From IMG/VR virus record IMGVR_UViG_3300020195_000012: DNA of 64,000 nt; one strand, written 5' to 3'. Source of the stretch: an uncultured virus (IMG/VR IMGVR_UViG_3300020195_000012) (taxonomy: Duplodnaviria; Heunggongvirae; Uroviricota; Caudoviricetes). Of this stretch, positions 17,961-27,399 are shown one piece after another (positions within the stretch are counted from its first letter, which is position 1; every line of letters begins with the position of its first letter). Made by a program: the position numbers and the translations under genes. The notes under the pieces were generated by a model, which did no database searches, had not been told where the DNA came from, and worked only from the letters and a program-made list of their open reading frames with translations.

Positions 17961-19409
17961 ATGCAACAATCAGAAATTGATAATTTGGTATCCGAAGCTC
18001 TCAAAAAAGCTTCATCAAAATACATTAATAAACAATTTAATGAATCCGAAGAATTATATCGTCAAATTCTTCGGGTTGATATTGACAATCAAGAAGCAAT
18101 GGAAATGTTGTCTTTGACCCTAAGCCAAAATTTTAAACATGATGAAGCAAAGCAAATAGGAGAAAAAGCTTTGTCGCGTGATCCATCAAATTATAAAGTT
18201 TATAATAATTTGGCTTTGATTAATGGAACAGCAGGTGATCACGATGAAGCTGTTCGTTTATTCAAGATAGCAATTAAATTAAATCCTAGCGAAGCATTTC
18301 TTTACACGAATCTTGCAATTGAAATCAAGAAACAAGGCAATGAGGAATTGGCTTTATCAATGATGGCAGATACAGCGAAACGTTATAGTAATTCTCACCA
18401 CGTGTGGTTCAATTATGGCGCACTCGCCCAGGAATTTGGCATGTATTCTTTAGCAAAAGAGTTATACGAAAAAGCATTATACATTTCACCAGAGATGTCT
18501 GTTTGTCATTACAACTTGTCTGCTGTTCATTTCCTCTTGAGGGAATATACCGAAGGGTGGGCAGAATATGAGTGGCGATGGAAACAATTTGAGAACCTTT
18601 GGAAAATACGAGCAAGAATAGGATTGCCATATTGGTCTGGTGAATCTCTGGCTGGCAAAACAATACTTCTGTACGGGGAACAGGGCGTTGGTGATACAAT
18701 TATGTTTGCGCGTTTCGTCAAAGATGTGAAAAATCTTGGAGCAAAGACCATTTTGTTGATTGTTCCCACTTTATATGATCTTTTTCGCTCTTGCTCTGGC
18801 GTTGATGAACTGGTTACTGTTTTTCACACCTATGCAGATTATCAATGTTCCTTGATGAGTATTCCTGGTATATTGGGTATGGAATACTCGGACATATCAT
18901 GTCCACATCGATATTTGAGTCCAACTGGACTTGGTGATGGCGATTGGGACGATTATCAGGGATTGAAGATTGGGATATGTTGGGCAGGAAACCCACAGCA
19001 CCCCAATGACCGCAATCGTTCAATTCCACTTCATCATTTTGAATCTTTATCTGGCTTCAATCTATTTTCTCTTCAGAAAGATCGCAGACCGCACGTGTAC
19101 CCTGACATTGGCGTGGTTGATTACTGCGCCAATACCAATTTGCAATTTGTTGATATGTCTGAGTACATGACCGATTTCAACAAGACAGCTAAAATACTAG
19201 ATCGATTAGATGTAGTGGTTACAGCAGATACAGCGTTGGCGCATTTGTCTGGAGCGTTAGGCAAGAGAACCTATGTGATGTTGCCGAAAGGACCAGATTG
19301 GCGATGGGGATTGAATGACTCAACCACAAATTGGTATGATGATATGACTTTGTGCCGACAGACGACGAAAGGTGATTGGGGAGGAGTATTTTCTGAACTT
19401 AAAGTTTAA
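17961..19409 (+). CDS. TPR-repeat glycosyltransferase (GT-B, GT9-like C-terminus)
   Basis: TPRs; GW.EYEWRW, EQG.GD.I.F.R, G.CWAGNP, D.V...DT..AHL.GALG, DWRW. Confidence 0.85.
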   Translation: MQQSEIDNLVSEALKKASSKYINKQFNESEELYRQILRVDIDNQEAMEMLSLTLSQNFKHDEAKQIGEKALSRDPSNYKVYNNLALINGTAGDHDEAVRLFKIAIKLNPSEAFLYTNLAIEIKKQGNEELALSMMADTAKRYSNSHHVWFNYGALAQEFGMYSLAKELYEKALYISPEMSVCHYNLSAVHFLLREYTEGWAEYEWRWKQFENLWKIRARIGLPYWSGESLAGKTILLYGEQGVGDTIMFARFVKDVKNLGAKTILLIVPTLYDLFRSCSGVDELVTVFHTYADYQCSLMSIPGILGMEYSDISCPHRYLSPTGLGDGDWDDYQGLKIGICWAGNPQHPNDRNRSIPLHHFESLSGFNLFSLQKDRRPHVYPDIGVVDYCANTNLQFVDMSEYMTDFNKTAKILDRLDVVVTADTALAHLSGALGKRTYVMLPKGPDWRWGLNDSTTNWYDDMTLCRQTTKGDWGGVFSELKV

Positions 19410-19449
19410 AAACCAACAGGAGGCAAACTTGCCTCCTGTTGGTTTTTTA
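19408..19449. terminator. Bidirectional terminator
   Basis: AAAAACCAACAGGAGGCAA-AC-TTGCCTCCTGTTGGTTTTT between convergent genes. Confidence 0.85.
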
Positions 19450-19719
19450 TCAGCCTGTCGTTGTACTTGTCGTCGCCTTCTTCGTCTTCTTGGCGGCGGG
19501 GGCTTGGGTATCCTCCACCTCCAAGCCGAAGCCTAGACGAGTCGCAAGTGTCTTCGCCGCAGACTGCACACCACTCGCGTTCGCGTAGGTTGTGGTGTCG
19601 TCCTTCTTGGTCAACTTGGTTGGCTTGAGACCAGGGACGGAGATTGTTCCCTCGTACCCTGCGGTGGTCTTACGAACTCGGCAACGTAGCACTGTCTGGT
19701 TTGGATTGCTCATCTTCAT
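19450..19719 (-). CDS. Small basic hypothetical protein
   Basis: ORF with K/T/A-rich tail. Confidence 0.55.
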   Translation of the reverse strand: MKMSNPNQTVLRCRVRKTTAGYEGTISVPGLKPTKLTKKDDTTTYANASGVQSAAKTLATRLGFGLEVEDTQAPAAKKTKKATTSTTTG

Positions 19720-19746
19720 TCTTTCTTGCGCCTTTGGCGCTGTTGG

Positions 19747-20916
19747 TTAAAAACGCCTATGCGTATTTTTGTTGTTATCCACCAGATTCATTGGTAAGAA
19801 ACTCTGAAGGATATCAACTGGTAAAGCACGCACACCAGCAGAACAATGGTTGGGTATGTCACACCCGAATAATGTTGGAGCGAATACTTTGTCTCCATTT
19901 GTTCTGGCTCGATGCTGGTTGAACTCCATAACTGCCTGTTGGTACTTGTGATACAATTTCATTGGCGATGCTTCACGAACATTTTCATACAAGTTGAAAC
20001 ATGCGAGTTGCTCGATGATCGTTTGTAAGACGGATTCCACCGGCATTTTTCGCTTACCAATTTTACTGAAATCAATGAACCAACAGAACGTTTCCGGATC
20101 GTACCGGAAAATTGGGTTTTGTACCCCAATTCTAACATGCAACTCCAAATAATCCTGAATGTCAATCAAATGCATTGTTGGAGATTTTGGAGCCGCGTAA
20201 TACGAATAGTAATAGTACCCAAGAATGCCTCGGTAAGTCAATACCATTACGTTGTTGTTACATCTGTGGTAATAATCATTGCGAATGCAGAAATTACAAA
20301 AGAACCTATCCACGCCACCAAGTTTATCTGAAAATTTCTGTTGGTGACGATTCACCATTGTCATTTTTTCACAAAAATTGCAACGACAATAAACTTTCAA
20401 ACCTTCATGAAGTTTATCATCTTTAATTTCCGTAAATTCTACCTTGTTAATATCTGGCTTTTTGACTGACGACGTGGTTGGAGTAACCGTTCCTGAATAA
20501 TTATTAGCCGTGTACGTGTATCCTGTGTTGTAACTTCCTGCATAATTATTATGTCTGGTAGTGTGGTTGTCTACGCGGTTCGGTCCATACGTTTCCGTTT
20601 TTCCAGATGTATCTTCAATCCTTTTGATTGCTTGATCTGCTGCCTCTGCAAGCAATTTTTCATTCGCAGTTCCTCCAGGTTTCAAAATGAGTTCTTTTAG
20701 ATAAGGAACTGCTGCGACAGCGTTCTTGCTGAGCTTGCCCAACGCAGCTATTACACTAATGCGATAAGACGCAGTGTAATCATCACACTTCATTTCGGTA
20801 ACGAGCTGGCTTAGGTTGACAGAACCATTCAGTTCTTCAACAAAAACAGTCGATCCCGTAGGCAGAATCACGTGTCCCATCGTTACCCTCCCGATTGAGT
20901 ACGAGTCTATATCCAA
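19747..20916 (-). CDS. Hypothetical protein with HEAT-like repeat and Zn-finger-like motifs
   Basis: ALGKL...A..AVP.L; C.CNFC and CNFC; real start probably ATG about 20883. Confidence 0.6.
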   Translation of the reverse strand: MDIDSYSIGRVTMGHVILPTGSTVFVEELNGSVNLSQLVTEMKCDDYTASYRISVIAALGKLSKNAVAAVPYLKELILKPGGTANEKLLAEAADQAIKRIEDTSGKTETYGPNRVDNHTTRHNNYAGSYNTGYTYTANNYSGTVTPTTSSVKKPDINKVEFTEIKDDKLHEGLKVYCRCNFCEKMTMVNRHQQKFSDKLGGVDRFFCNFCIRNDYYHRCNNNVMVLTYRGILGYYYYSYYAAPKSPTMHLIDIQDYLELHVRIGVQNPIFRYDPETFCWFIDFSKIGKRKMPVESVLQTIIEQLACFNLYENVREASPMKLYHKYQQAVMEFNQHRARTNGDKVFAPTLFGCDIPNHCSAGVRALPVDILQSFLPMNLVDNNKNTHRRF

Positions 20917-20996
20917 AATTGAATCATATCAAGAGAGAAATTTTTAGCGAGAGGTAACTATATAAAATACGTACATTGCCCCAGAGGTATTCGAAC

Positions 20997-21233
20997 ATGA
21001 GTGAAACAGAACAAGTTACCGATTTTTTTAGCTGGTGTGAGACAAAAGGCTTCGAACTCCCAACTTTTACCGAACAGCCAGAGGCGGCTACGCCAACCAG
21101 TGAAAGTGGAAGCGGACGACGCGCAGCCGTTCGTTCACACGCTTATCCCGATCTATATGGTAGAGGACAGTATCCAAAGGGATACTTCATGCCAACCGCT
21201 GCCGACACATTGGTGTACAACAAGGACAAGTAA
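20997..21233 (+). CDS. Hypothetical, paralog of 577-891
   Basis: DFFSWCE N-terminal motif; YPD..GQYP..Y...AAD...Y. Confidence 0.6.
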   Translation: MSETEQVTDFFSWCETKGFELPTFTEQPEAATPTSESGSGRRAAVRSHAYPDLYGRGQYPKGYFMPTAADTLVYNKDK

Positions 21234-21247
21234 TAAACTTTATAAAT

Positions 21248-21280
21248 GAAAAACCCCGCAATTTGCGGGGTTTCTTTTTT
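21248..21280. terminator. Bidirectional terminator
   Basis: AAACCCCGCAATTTGCGGGGTTT with flanking T-tracts. Confidence 0.8.
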
Positions 21281-21288
21281 GACTAAAC

Positions 21289-21684
21289 TCAACGAATCAC
21301 TTTTATCCCGCCAACTGGAGACTCAGTTAAGAGTACGTCGGTTGTTGGAGTCTTTACTTCGTTACACTTGGGCTTCTCGACAAATTCCACTGTGCCTTCG
21401 TTTGTAACAGTAGGTGGTTGTTCAGTAAGCAACTTTGTTGGTACTGCTGCTGCTACCTCTCGGATCAACTTGAGTTCATTGGTCCTCAACATTGCGAAGT
21501 AGTAGTTATCGCCACTGAACTGTTCTCCTTTACGTACAAAACGACGACCTGAATGTGTCGGACGTGGTAGGTAGAGATCGCCCTTGGTGTTATTTTCAAA
21601 AATGTACATGCCTTGTCCGGACAGTTCTTCTTTGATTTTTGCATTCCTGATTTCTCGGGCAATCTGCCGTGATAAATTACTCAT
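21289..21684 (-). CDS. Hypothetical protein
   Basis: Clean ORF in the coding frame. Confidence 0.55.
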   Translation of the reverse strand: MSNLSRQIAREIRNAKIKEELSGQGMYIFENNTKGDLYLPRPTHSGRRFVRKGEQFSGDNYYFAMLRTNELKLIREVAAAVPTKLLTEQPPTVTNEGTVEFVEKPKCNEVKTPTTDVLLTESPVGGIKVIR

Positions 21685-21828
21685 ATGCCTTTAATTCCTT
21701 CTTTAATGACTGGGTCGCACATCCAGATTGGACCTGACTCAACTAACCTTTACTTAGTTGTTCCCCTCGATATAATAGTGAGTCGGGTCGCGAATTTTTC
21801 CGAATTCCGTACAATGAGGAGCAGACGC

Positions 21829-22173
21829 ATGTCGCAGAAGACTCTGAAGAAGTGGTGGGCTGTTTACGCCAATGATGAAGAAAAGCGTTTCTTCGTCGGC
21901 AAAGACGGTAACTCAGGCTTGTGTCGAAACACTGAGTTCGACTGGCGGTCCACTGAAGCGCTGGCTCGTGAAAGCGGCCTGAGCAAAGCCAAAATCGAAA
22001 TCATCATCGACAAATACCACAAAGCGGGTATTGTGGTACAACACGCCAAAGACCCCGAGAAGTGGGGCTATTGGGAAAAATGCTCGTCCACCGTAACATC
22101 TTCAACCAAAGATGTTACGAAGGATGATCAACAAGCCCGAGTCGATAAGGCAAAAGGCGTGAAGAAAAAGTAA
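21829..22173 (+). CDS. Hypothetical, possible winged-helix protein
   Basis: GAGGAG RBS; WRST.ALA.E.GLS. Confidence 0.5.
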   Translation: MSQKTLKKWWAVYANDEEKRFFVGKDGNSGLCRNTEFDWRSTEALARESGLSKAKIEIIIDKYHKAGIVVQHAKDPEKWGYWEKCSSTVTSSTKDVTKDDQQARVDKAKGVKKK

Positions 22174-22200
22174 CCAATAACAGTCCTTGAGAGAATTACA

Positions 22201-22836
22201 ATGCTTTCTGAAAAAACGGTGCTGGTGATCGGTGGCGGGCAAATTTACTACCAGCCCTTCAGTAGATTCGGGAAGTATTCCTCTGATCAAGGACTGTTAT
22301 CCACACCAGAAAAAATCTCTTTGGTGGTTTTTTCTGGTGGTGCCGACATTAGCCCATCTCTATACGGTTGCTCCATAAGTCGCTTGACTTATTGCAACCC
22401 CAAACGCGATGTTTTTGAATTGATAATGTTTAGACAAGCACTCAAAGCCAAACTCCCAATGGCAGGCATTTGTCGTGGCGCACAGTTCTTGTGCGCAATG
22501 GCAGGCGGAACATTATTTCAGCATGTTGCAGGACATTCTGATGGTCGCCATGCAATGAAAACTTGGGATGACCGCTTGTTCAATGTTACTTCCACACATC
22601 ACCAAATGCAAAAACCACCCGAAGACGCAAAAATACTTGCATGGTCTGAATATCCTCTTAGTGACATCTATGTAACTGAGGATGACCTGGAAGTAGAAGC
22701 GCCAGAACTAGAAGTTGAATGCGCTTACTACCCCAACATCAATGCTGTTGGGATGCAATATCACCCCGAAATGATGCCAGACAATTCCGAAGGCTTTCAA
22801 TTCGCTGAAGAACTTGTTATGGATTTTGTTTTATAA
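22201..22836 (+). CDS. Class I glutamine amidotransferase (peptidase C26/PuuD-like)
   Basis: SGGADISP..Y, RD.FE, GICRGAQ, STHHQ, QYHPE. Confidence 0.9.
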   Translation: MLSEKTVLVIGGGQIYYQPFSRFGKYSSDQGLLSTPEKISLVVFSGGADISPSLYGCSISRLTYCNPKRDVFELIMFRQALKAKLPMAGICRGAQFLCAMAGGTLFQHVAGHSDGRHAMKTWDDRLFNVTSTHHQMQKPPEDAKILAWSEYPLSDIYVTEDDLEVEAPELEVECAYYPNINAVGMQYHPEMMPDNSEGFQFAEELVMDFVL

Positions 22837-22913
22837 AGTTTAAACAATGGGGGAATTCCCCCTTGTTTTTTCCACTTCTGCTCTCTACAATGATTTGTGC
22901 AATGTCATGATCC

Positions 22914-22946
22914 TTTGGGAATGATCACAACCCGATCATTCCCAAA
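22914..22946. repeat. Perfect 13-bp inverted repeat upstream of the AAA gene
   Basis: TTTGGGAATGATC-ACAACCC-GATCATTCCCAAA. Confidence 0.8.
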
Positions 22947-22966
22947 ACTCTGTTTAATGGTGATAC

Positions 22967-24118
22967 ATGCCAGAATCAGTAAATGAATTCGCAGCCGACC
23001 ACACCATCGAAATGATCAAATTGAGCCAAAAAAGACTCAATCACGAAAAAATCAAGATTCAGATTGAAAAAATCATGGATCGTGGTCTGTCCGGTGGTCC
23101 GCGCCAAAAAGGTTGGAAACTTGACATTATCAATCCTGAATGGATGACCCCAAGAATGCAAGGCGGGTCATACCAATACCTTTGCAAATTGCGATTGACC
23201 TGTACCGCCAAACGACCCAGAACAGACATTGCTCTCCGTCAGGACTACGACAACATTATAAAGATTATCGCCGCCGCTGGCGCTCAACCAGGGTGGGAAG
23301 TCACCTTGCTTGACGGAAAAGTTGCATCCAAGGCAGATGATAGACTTCCGGGCGCTGTTGGATATGTGCCTGTCGCAATCCCTGACGATTGGCAGGATTC
23401 TATCTCTCACATCTACGAACGAGAATCCCAGATCGAAATCCTCATGTCTACCATCAAGGCAGGCATTGATTCCGATTTCACCAATCGATTTCACTGCGCG
23501 CTCATCGGACCTCCGGCTTGCGGAAAAACAGAGACACTTCGCGGCATCAAGAAAATGCTCGGTGAAGACGCCGTTCTGGAATACGACGCTACCGCAACCA
23601 CACAAGCAGGGGCAATCAAAGACCTTGACGAACGCGCCGAACTCCCTCGCATCCTCATCGTTGAGGAAATCGAGAAAACTGACGAGAATAGCCTGAGATG
23701 GTTATTGTCCGTGATGGATCATCGAGCAGAAATTCGCAAAGTGACCGCTCGTAGCAACATCCAAAAAGAAACCAAGATGTTGACGCTGGCTACCGTCAAT
23801 GATTACAAACTGTTCAGCAAGCTCATGTTCGGAGCCTTGGCGAGTCGGTTCACATACCACTTGCACTTCCCTCGCCCAGATCGTGCATTGCTTCAACGTA
23901 TTCTGACTCGTGAAATTGAACGAGTTCAAGGAAACAAGCGGTGGATCAAGCCCACTCTAGACTACGCAGTCAGTGAGAATATTTTTGATCCACGTAAGGT
24001 CGCGGCAATTTGCTTGTGCGGTCAGGATCAACTGCTGACCGGCGAGTACCAAGCAAAATTGAAAAAATGTTCCGCAAGCAATTTCCTGAAAGAAATCAAC
24101 TCACGGAAAGACGATTGA
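22967..24118 (+). CDS. AAA+ ATPase
   Basis: Walker A GPPACGKT, Walker B LIVEEIEK, sensor ATVN, arginine finger ALASRF. Confidence 0.85.
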   Translation: MPESVNEFAADHTIEMIKLSQKRLNHEKIKIQIEKIMDRGLSGGPRQKGWKLDIINPEWMTPRMQGGSYQYLCKLRLTCTAKRPRTDIALRQDYDNIIKIIAAAGAQPGWEVTLLDGKVASKADDRLPGAVGYVPVAIPDDWQDSISHIYERESQIEILMSTIKAGIDSDFTNRFHCALIGPPACGKTETLRGIKKMLGEDAVLEYDATATTQAGAIKDLDERAELPRILIVEEIEKTDENSLRWLLSVMDHRAEIRKVTARSNIQKETKMLTLATVNDYKLFSKLMFGALASRFTYHLHFPRPDRALLQRILTREIERVQGNKRWIKPTLDYAVSENIFDPRKVAAICLCGQDQLLTGEYQAKLKKCSASNFLKEINSRKDD

Positions 24119-24322
24119 TTGTAACGATTCTAAATTACTATCAAGTTCTTGCATCTGTTTCTTGATAGCACTTATAAGAGATTTCTGTTGGTTTTTCTGA
24201 GACATTGATATCTTCGTGTCGTCTGTGATCACTGGCAGATCAGGATTTTCACGACGTAACATGCTGATATTCACAACATCAATAACTTGTACAGGCAAAG
24301 CTTTCATCTTGACGCCTTTCAT
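24101..24322 (-). CDS. Small hypothetical protein
   Basis: ORF coupled to the upstream stop; start uncertain. Confidence 0.4.
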   Translation of the reverse strand: MKGVKMKALPVQVIDVVNISMLRRENPDLPVITDDTKISMSQKNQQKSLISAIKKQMQELDSNLESLQSIVFP

Positions 24323-26421
24323 GTTAAACCCGCTGCTCTCATTGCAGCTAATTTTTGTTCCGGACTCATCTTCATCCAAGCCTGCATTCCAACATTTCCA
24401 GGTTTTCTAAACGACATCAAAGGTGATGTGCCTGGCGCTTGAGGACGCTGCGCAGTGAAATCCTGTGGTTCATTCGGGTCCAAATCATAATCGTAATCCG
24501 TGTCATCATCATCATGCCCAACAGCAAAACTACTACTTGTTTCTGGAGCATCTGTACGATGTGTCGCTACACCAGTATTATTTGTATCACCTTTTTCTCT
24601 AGCTGCTGCTGAATCAATTCCACTTGGCATGTCATCAGAATCCTTGCCTCCCTCACCCCCCCTGCCGCGCTGCTTGAAAAAATCAATAATTGCTCTAGAT
24701 GCAGCTTGTTTTGCGAACTTAATTCTTTGAGCTTGAGATCGATATTCTTCTGGATCAACACCAGTTTTACTTACCATCAAATCAGTTAATACCGCCTGAC
24801 CAATCTCATTGTTTCCTATGTCATCGACACTTTTTGGTGCATTGACATTTGTTCGGAAATTTGGGTCTCCTTTGTATTTCGTTCCAGATAAAATACCAAT
24901 TGCTAACATTACGCCTTTATAAGCATCATGTTTTATTAAATCGTCCCAAGACATAGAATCTGCATTATATGCTACACCGGCATCTGCAATATTTGGAGAT
25001 TGAATGATGGTATCGCCATCTCTCCACGTCAATTTTTCAACTTTGACATTTTTAACGAGTGGCACACCAGACACAGGTTCTCCACCCGATTTTCGCCAAG
25101 CATCATGGTCAATACTTATTTGCTTGTAAAAATCATTATCTTTTAACATCGTTCCATAATTTGTTGCCCAGTTCGGATGGAACTTTTTGTTTTTCAACCA
25201 ACGTGTTGCTACTTGTTTGCCATCAGATCGTGCTTTCGGATCGCCGCCACCATGCGGCATTAATGGCTCTTTAACAAAATTCCTACCTTTTTTAAACCTT
25301 TCAAATTTCTTAACTAAATCTGGAAGATTCATATAAACTTTAGACACATTAATAGCAACTCCACTAGCATTTTCATTAATGATGTCACATGCTATAAGAT
25401 AGGGATTATACGATTCAATTCCATCAAACAAACCTGGCGTCCCTGGCTTTGTTGAATTCGGAGTAGGACGATATGGTTTTGGAGCCGAAGGTCTTCTTGC
25501 CGGTGGTGGGGCTTCTTCTGGTTTAGGATTGATAAGTGCTTTTCGCCATGGGATATAAATTGTTGCAAACATATCTCCATCAGGATGTTCTTTTGATTTG
25601 TATTCATCCTTTGCGACAAATGTATCGCCATCCATCTTTATAAAATGATCACTATATCGAATAGCAAGTGCATATGGTAAAACTTGTGGAAGTTCTAATT
25701 CTACCATCACGCCTTCTTTACCATACTTCTCTCTGAATCTTTCCTCAAAACTTTTCAAGAATTTATTATCTTCTTCATCAAGTGGAATTGCTTCCATACT
25801 CTTTTCTTGAAATTGTTCAAAATTACGTGTTTTTGGTTTGCCTTTTTCTTTTGATGCTACGTGAGCTGATTTTTCTTCTTCAGAAGCTTGTGAATGCATT
25901 GCATTTGAAGGAGGATTGTAATATTGATGTTTATCTGACATTTCATCATCATTTGTGAAATAATCGATAATATTTTGCGCACGTGCTTGTTCAGGTTGCC
26001 AGTTACCTTTACTCAATCCAAACTCTGGCATGTGCCAATTCCAACCTTGTGCCTCAATTTTTGCAATGATCTGCTTTGGATATACAGGCACATCCTTAAT
26101 TGAAATTTTACCGCCACCTGGAGTAAATGTTATAGTTTGAATGTCTGCTTGTGATTCTGGATTGTCATGCAGCAAACCACTTCTCTCTTGATTCCCATAT
26201 CTCTTGTAAATCGCTTGTTGCATCAACCGCCTAAAAGCAGTTTTGTCTTTACGAATATCTTCAGGGGTATTTAAATAAATGTGTTTGTAATAATCTTTAT
26301 CTTTATCATCCCAAATAAATAATCGATTTCCAGACCTCTTCGCCATCTCCGTAAGCGTATCCAATTTACGGAGATGATCTTTTGGACCAAACGATTTGAC
26401 AAACAATTTGAATGAGTTCAT
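24319..26421 (-). CDS. Large hypothetical, possible internal/ejected protein
   Basis: About 700 aa; MNSFKLF N-terminus; Pro-rich linker; late-type promoter. Confidence 0.6.
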   Translation of the reverse strand: MNSFKLFVKSFGPKDHLRKLDTLTEMAKRSGNRLFIWDDKDKDYYKHIYLNTPEDIRKDKTAFRRLMQQAIYKRYGNQERSGLLHDNPESQADIQTITFTPGGGKISIKDVPVYPKQIIAKIEAQGWNWHMPEFGLSKGNWQPEQARAQNIIDYFTNDDEMSDKHQYYNPPSNAMHSQASEEEKSAHVASKEKGKPKTRNFEQFQEKSMEAIPLDEEDNKFLKSFEERFREKYGKEGVMVELELPQVLPYALAIRYSDHFIKMDGDTFVAKDEYKSKEHPDGDMFATIYIPWRKALINPKPEEAPPPARRPSAPKPYRPTPNSTKPGTPGLFDGIESYNPYLIACDIINENASGVAINVSKVYMNLPDLVKKFERFKKGRNFVKEPLMPHGGGDPKARSDGKQVATRWLKNKKFHPNWATNYGTMLKDNDFYKQISIDHDAWRKSGGEPVSGVPLVKNVKVEKLTWRDGDTIIQSPNIADAGVAYNADSMSWDDLIKHDAYKGVMLAIGILSGTKYKGDPNFRTNVNAPKSVDDIGNNEIGQAVLTDLMVSKTGVDPEEYRSQAQRIKFAKQAASRAIIDFFKQRGRGGEGGKDSDDMPSGIDSAAAREKGDTNNTGVATHRTDAPETSSSFAVGHDDDDTDYDYDLDPNEPQDFTAQRPQAPGTSPLMSFRKPGNVGMQAWMKMSPEQKLAAMRAAGLT

Positions 26422-26486
26422 TCCAGTACCTTTATTCATATATGTCTTATATATATGTTAGAAAAGGAATTCAACAAAGGGAATCC

Positions 26487-27365
26487 ATGCCAAATTGCGG
26501 ACCATCAACTTTACTCATCAGTCGCCCAACAAAAGACGGTAAACCTTGCGGTTCTGGCTGTGATGCCGGTGGACCAGCAGATTGTGGCGAAAAGATCGGA
26601 CCACGAAGAAATCGTGGACGAGTCATAGAGCAAGTTAAAGATTATGTTATTCTCATGCTAGGCGGTCCCGTCATTGACCTCGAACTAGACGAACAACAAC
26701 TGGATTTAGCCGTCAAACAAACACTAAAAGTCATGGAGTATTACGCTCCAAGAGAATTCTTCCGATACTACACATTCATCACAACTCCAGGCAAAAGCGT
26801 CTACGAAATGCCACCAGACGTCGGATATATTCGTGGCGTCCACTACCGAACTAGCGGCGAATTTGCTTTCACTTCTGCCGACCTTCAAGGTAGCATCCCA
26901 ATCGAATACTTCTACCCTGGTGGTGCTTATAGCTCAATTCAAGGCGGTCTAGTCGATCCAATTCAGCCAATTTGGGGTCGTGCAGGCGAGTGGATGTTAT
27001 ACAAGGGATACGAGAGAATGTATTCTCGAATGAGTAGTGGTTTGGGTGGTTGGGAATTTGTAGGTGGATATAAGCATGTTAAACTTTATCCGATACCTTA
27101 TCGTGCTTATCACGTTGTGGTTCACTATATGCAACGTTGTAATGATTGGGATGAAGTGACACTTGCAATGCAAGAAGGCGCGCTCGCACACGCAAAAATG
27201 ATGCTCGGCACGATCCGTAAGAAGTATCAAGGTGGGTTAGGACCATCTGGCGGAATGACGTTAGACGGTGACTCAATGTATCAAGAAGGCAAAGCTGAGT
27301 ATACACAGTGGAAAGAAGACTTGATTTATAAATTCGGGGAGACAGGCAGCATTACAATGGGATGA
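26487..27365 (+). CDS. Neck protein gp13-like
   Basis: DY....LG.PVI..EL...Q; K...G..R.KY.G..GP.G..TLDG. Confidence 0.75.
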   Translation: MPNCGPSTLLISRPTKDGKPCGSGCDAGGPADCGEKIGPRRNRGRVIEQVKDYVILMLGGPVIDLELDEQQLDLAVKQTLKVMEYYAPREFFRYYTFITTPGKSVYEMPPDVGYIRGVHYRTSGEFAFTSADLQGSIPIEYFYPGGAYSSIQGGLVDPIQPIWGRAGEWMLYKGYERMYSRMSSGLGGWEFVGGYKHVKLYPIPYRAYHVVVHYMQRCNDWDEVTLAMQEGALAHAKMMLGTIRKKYQGGLGPSGGMTLDGDSMYQEGKAEYTQWKEDLIYKFGETGSITMG

Positions 27366-27399
27366 AATAAGAGGACTGTAAATTACAGTCCTCTTATTT
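27365..27399. terminator. Bidirectional terminator
   Basis: AAATAAGAGGACTGTAA-A-TTACAGTCCTCTTATTT. Confidence 0.85.
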
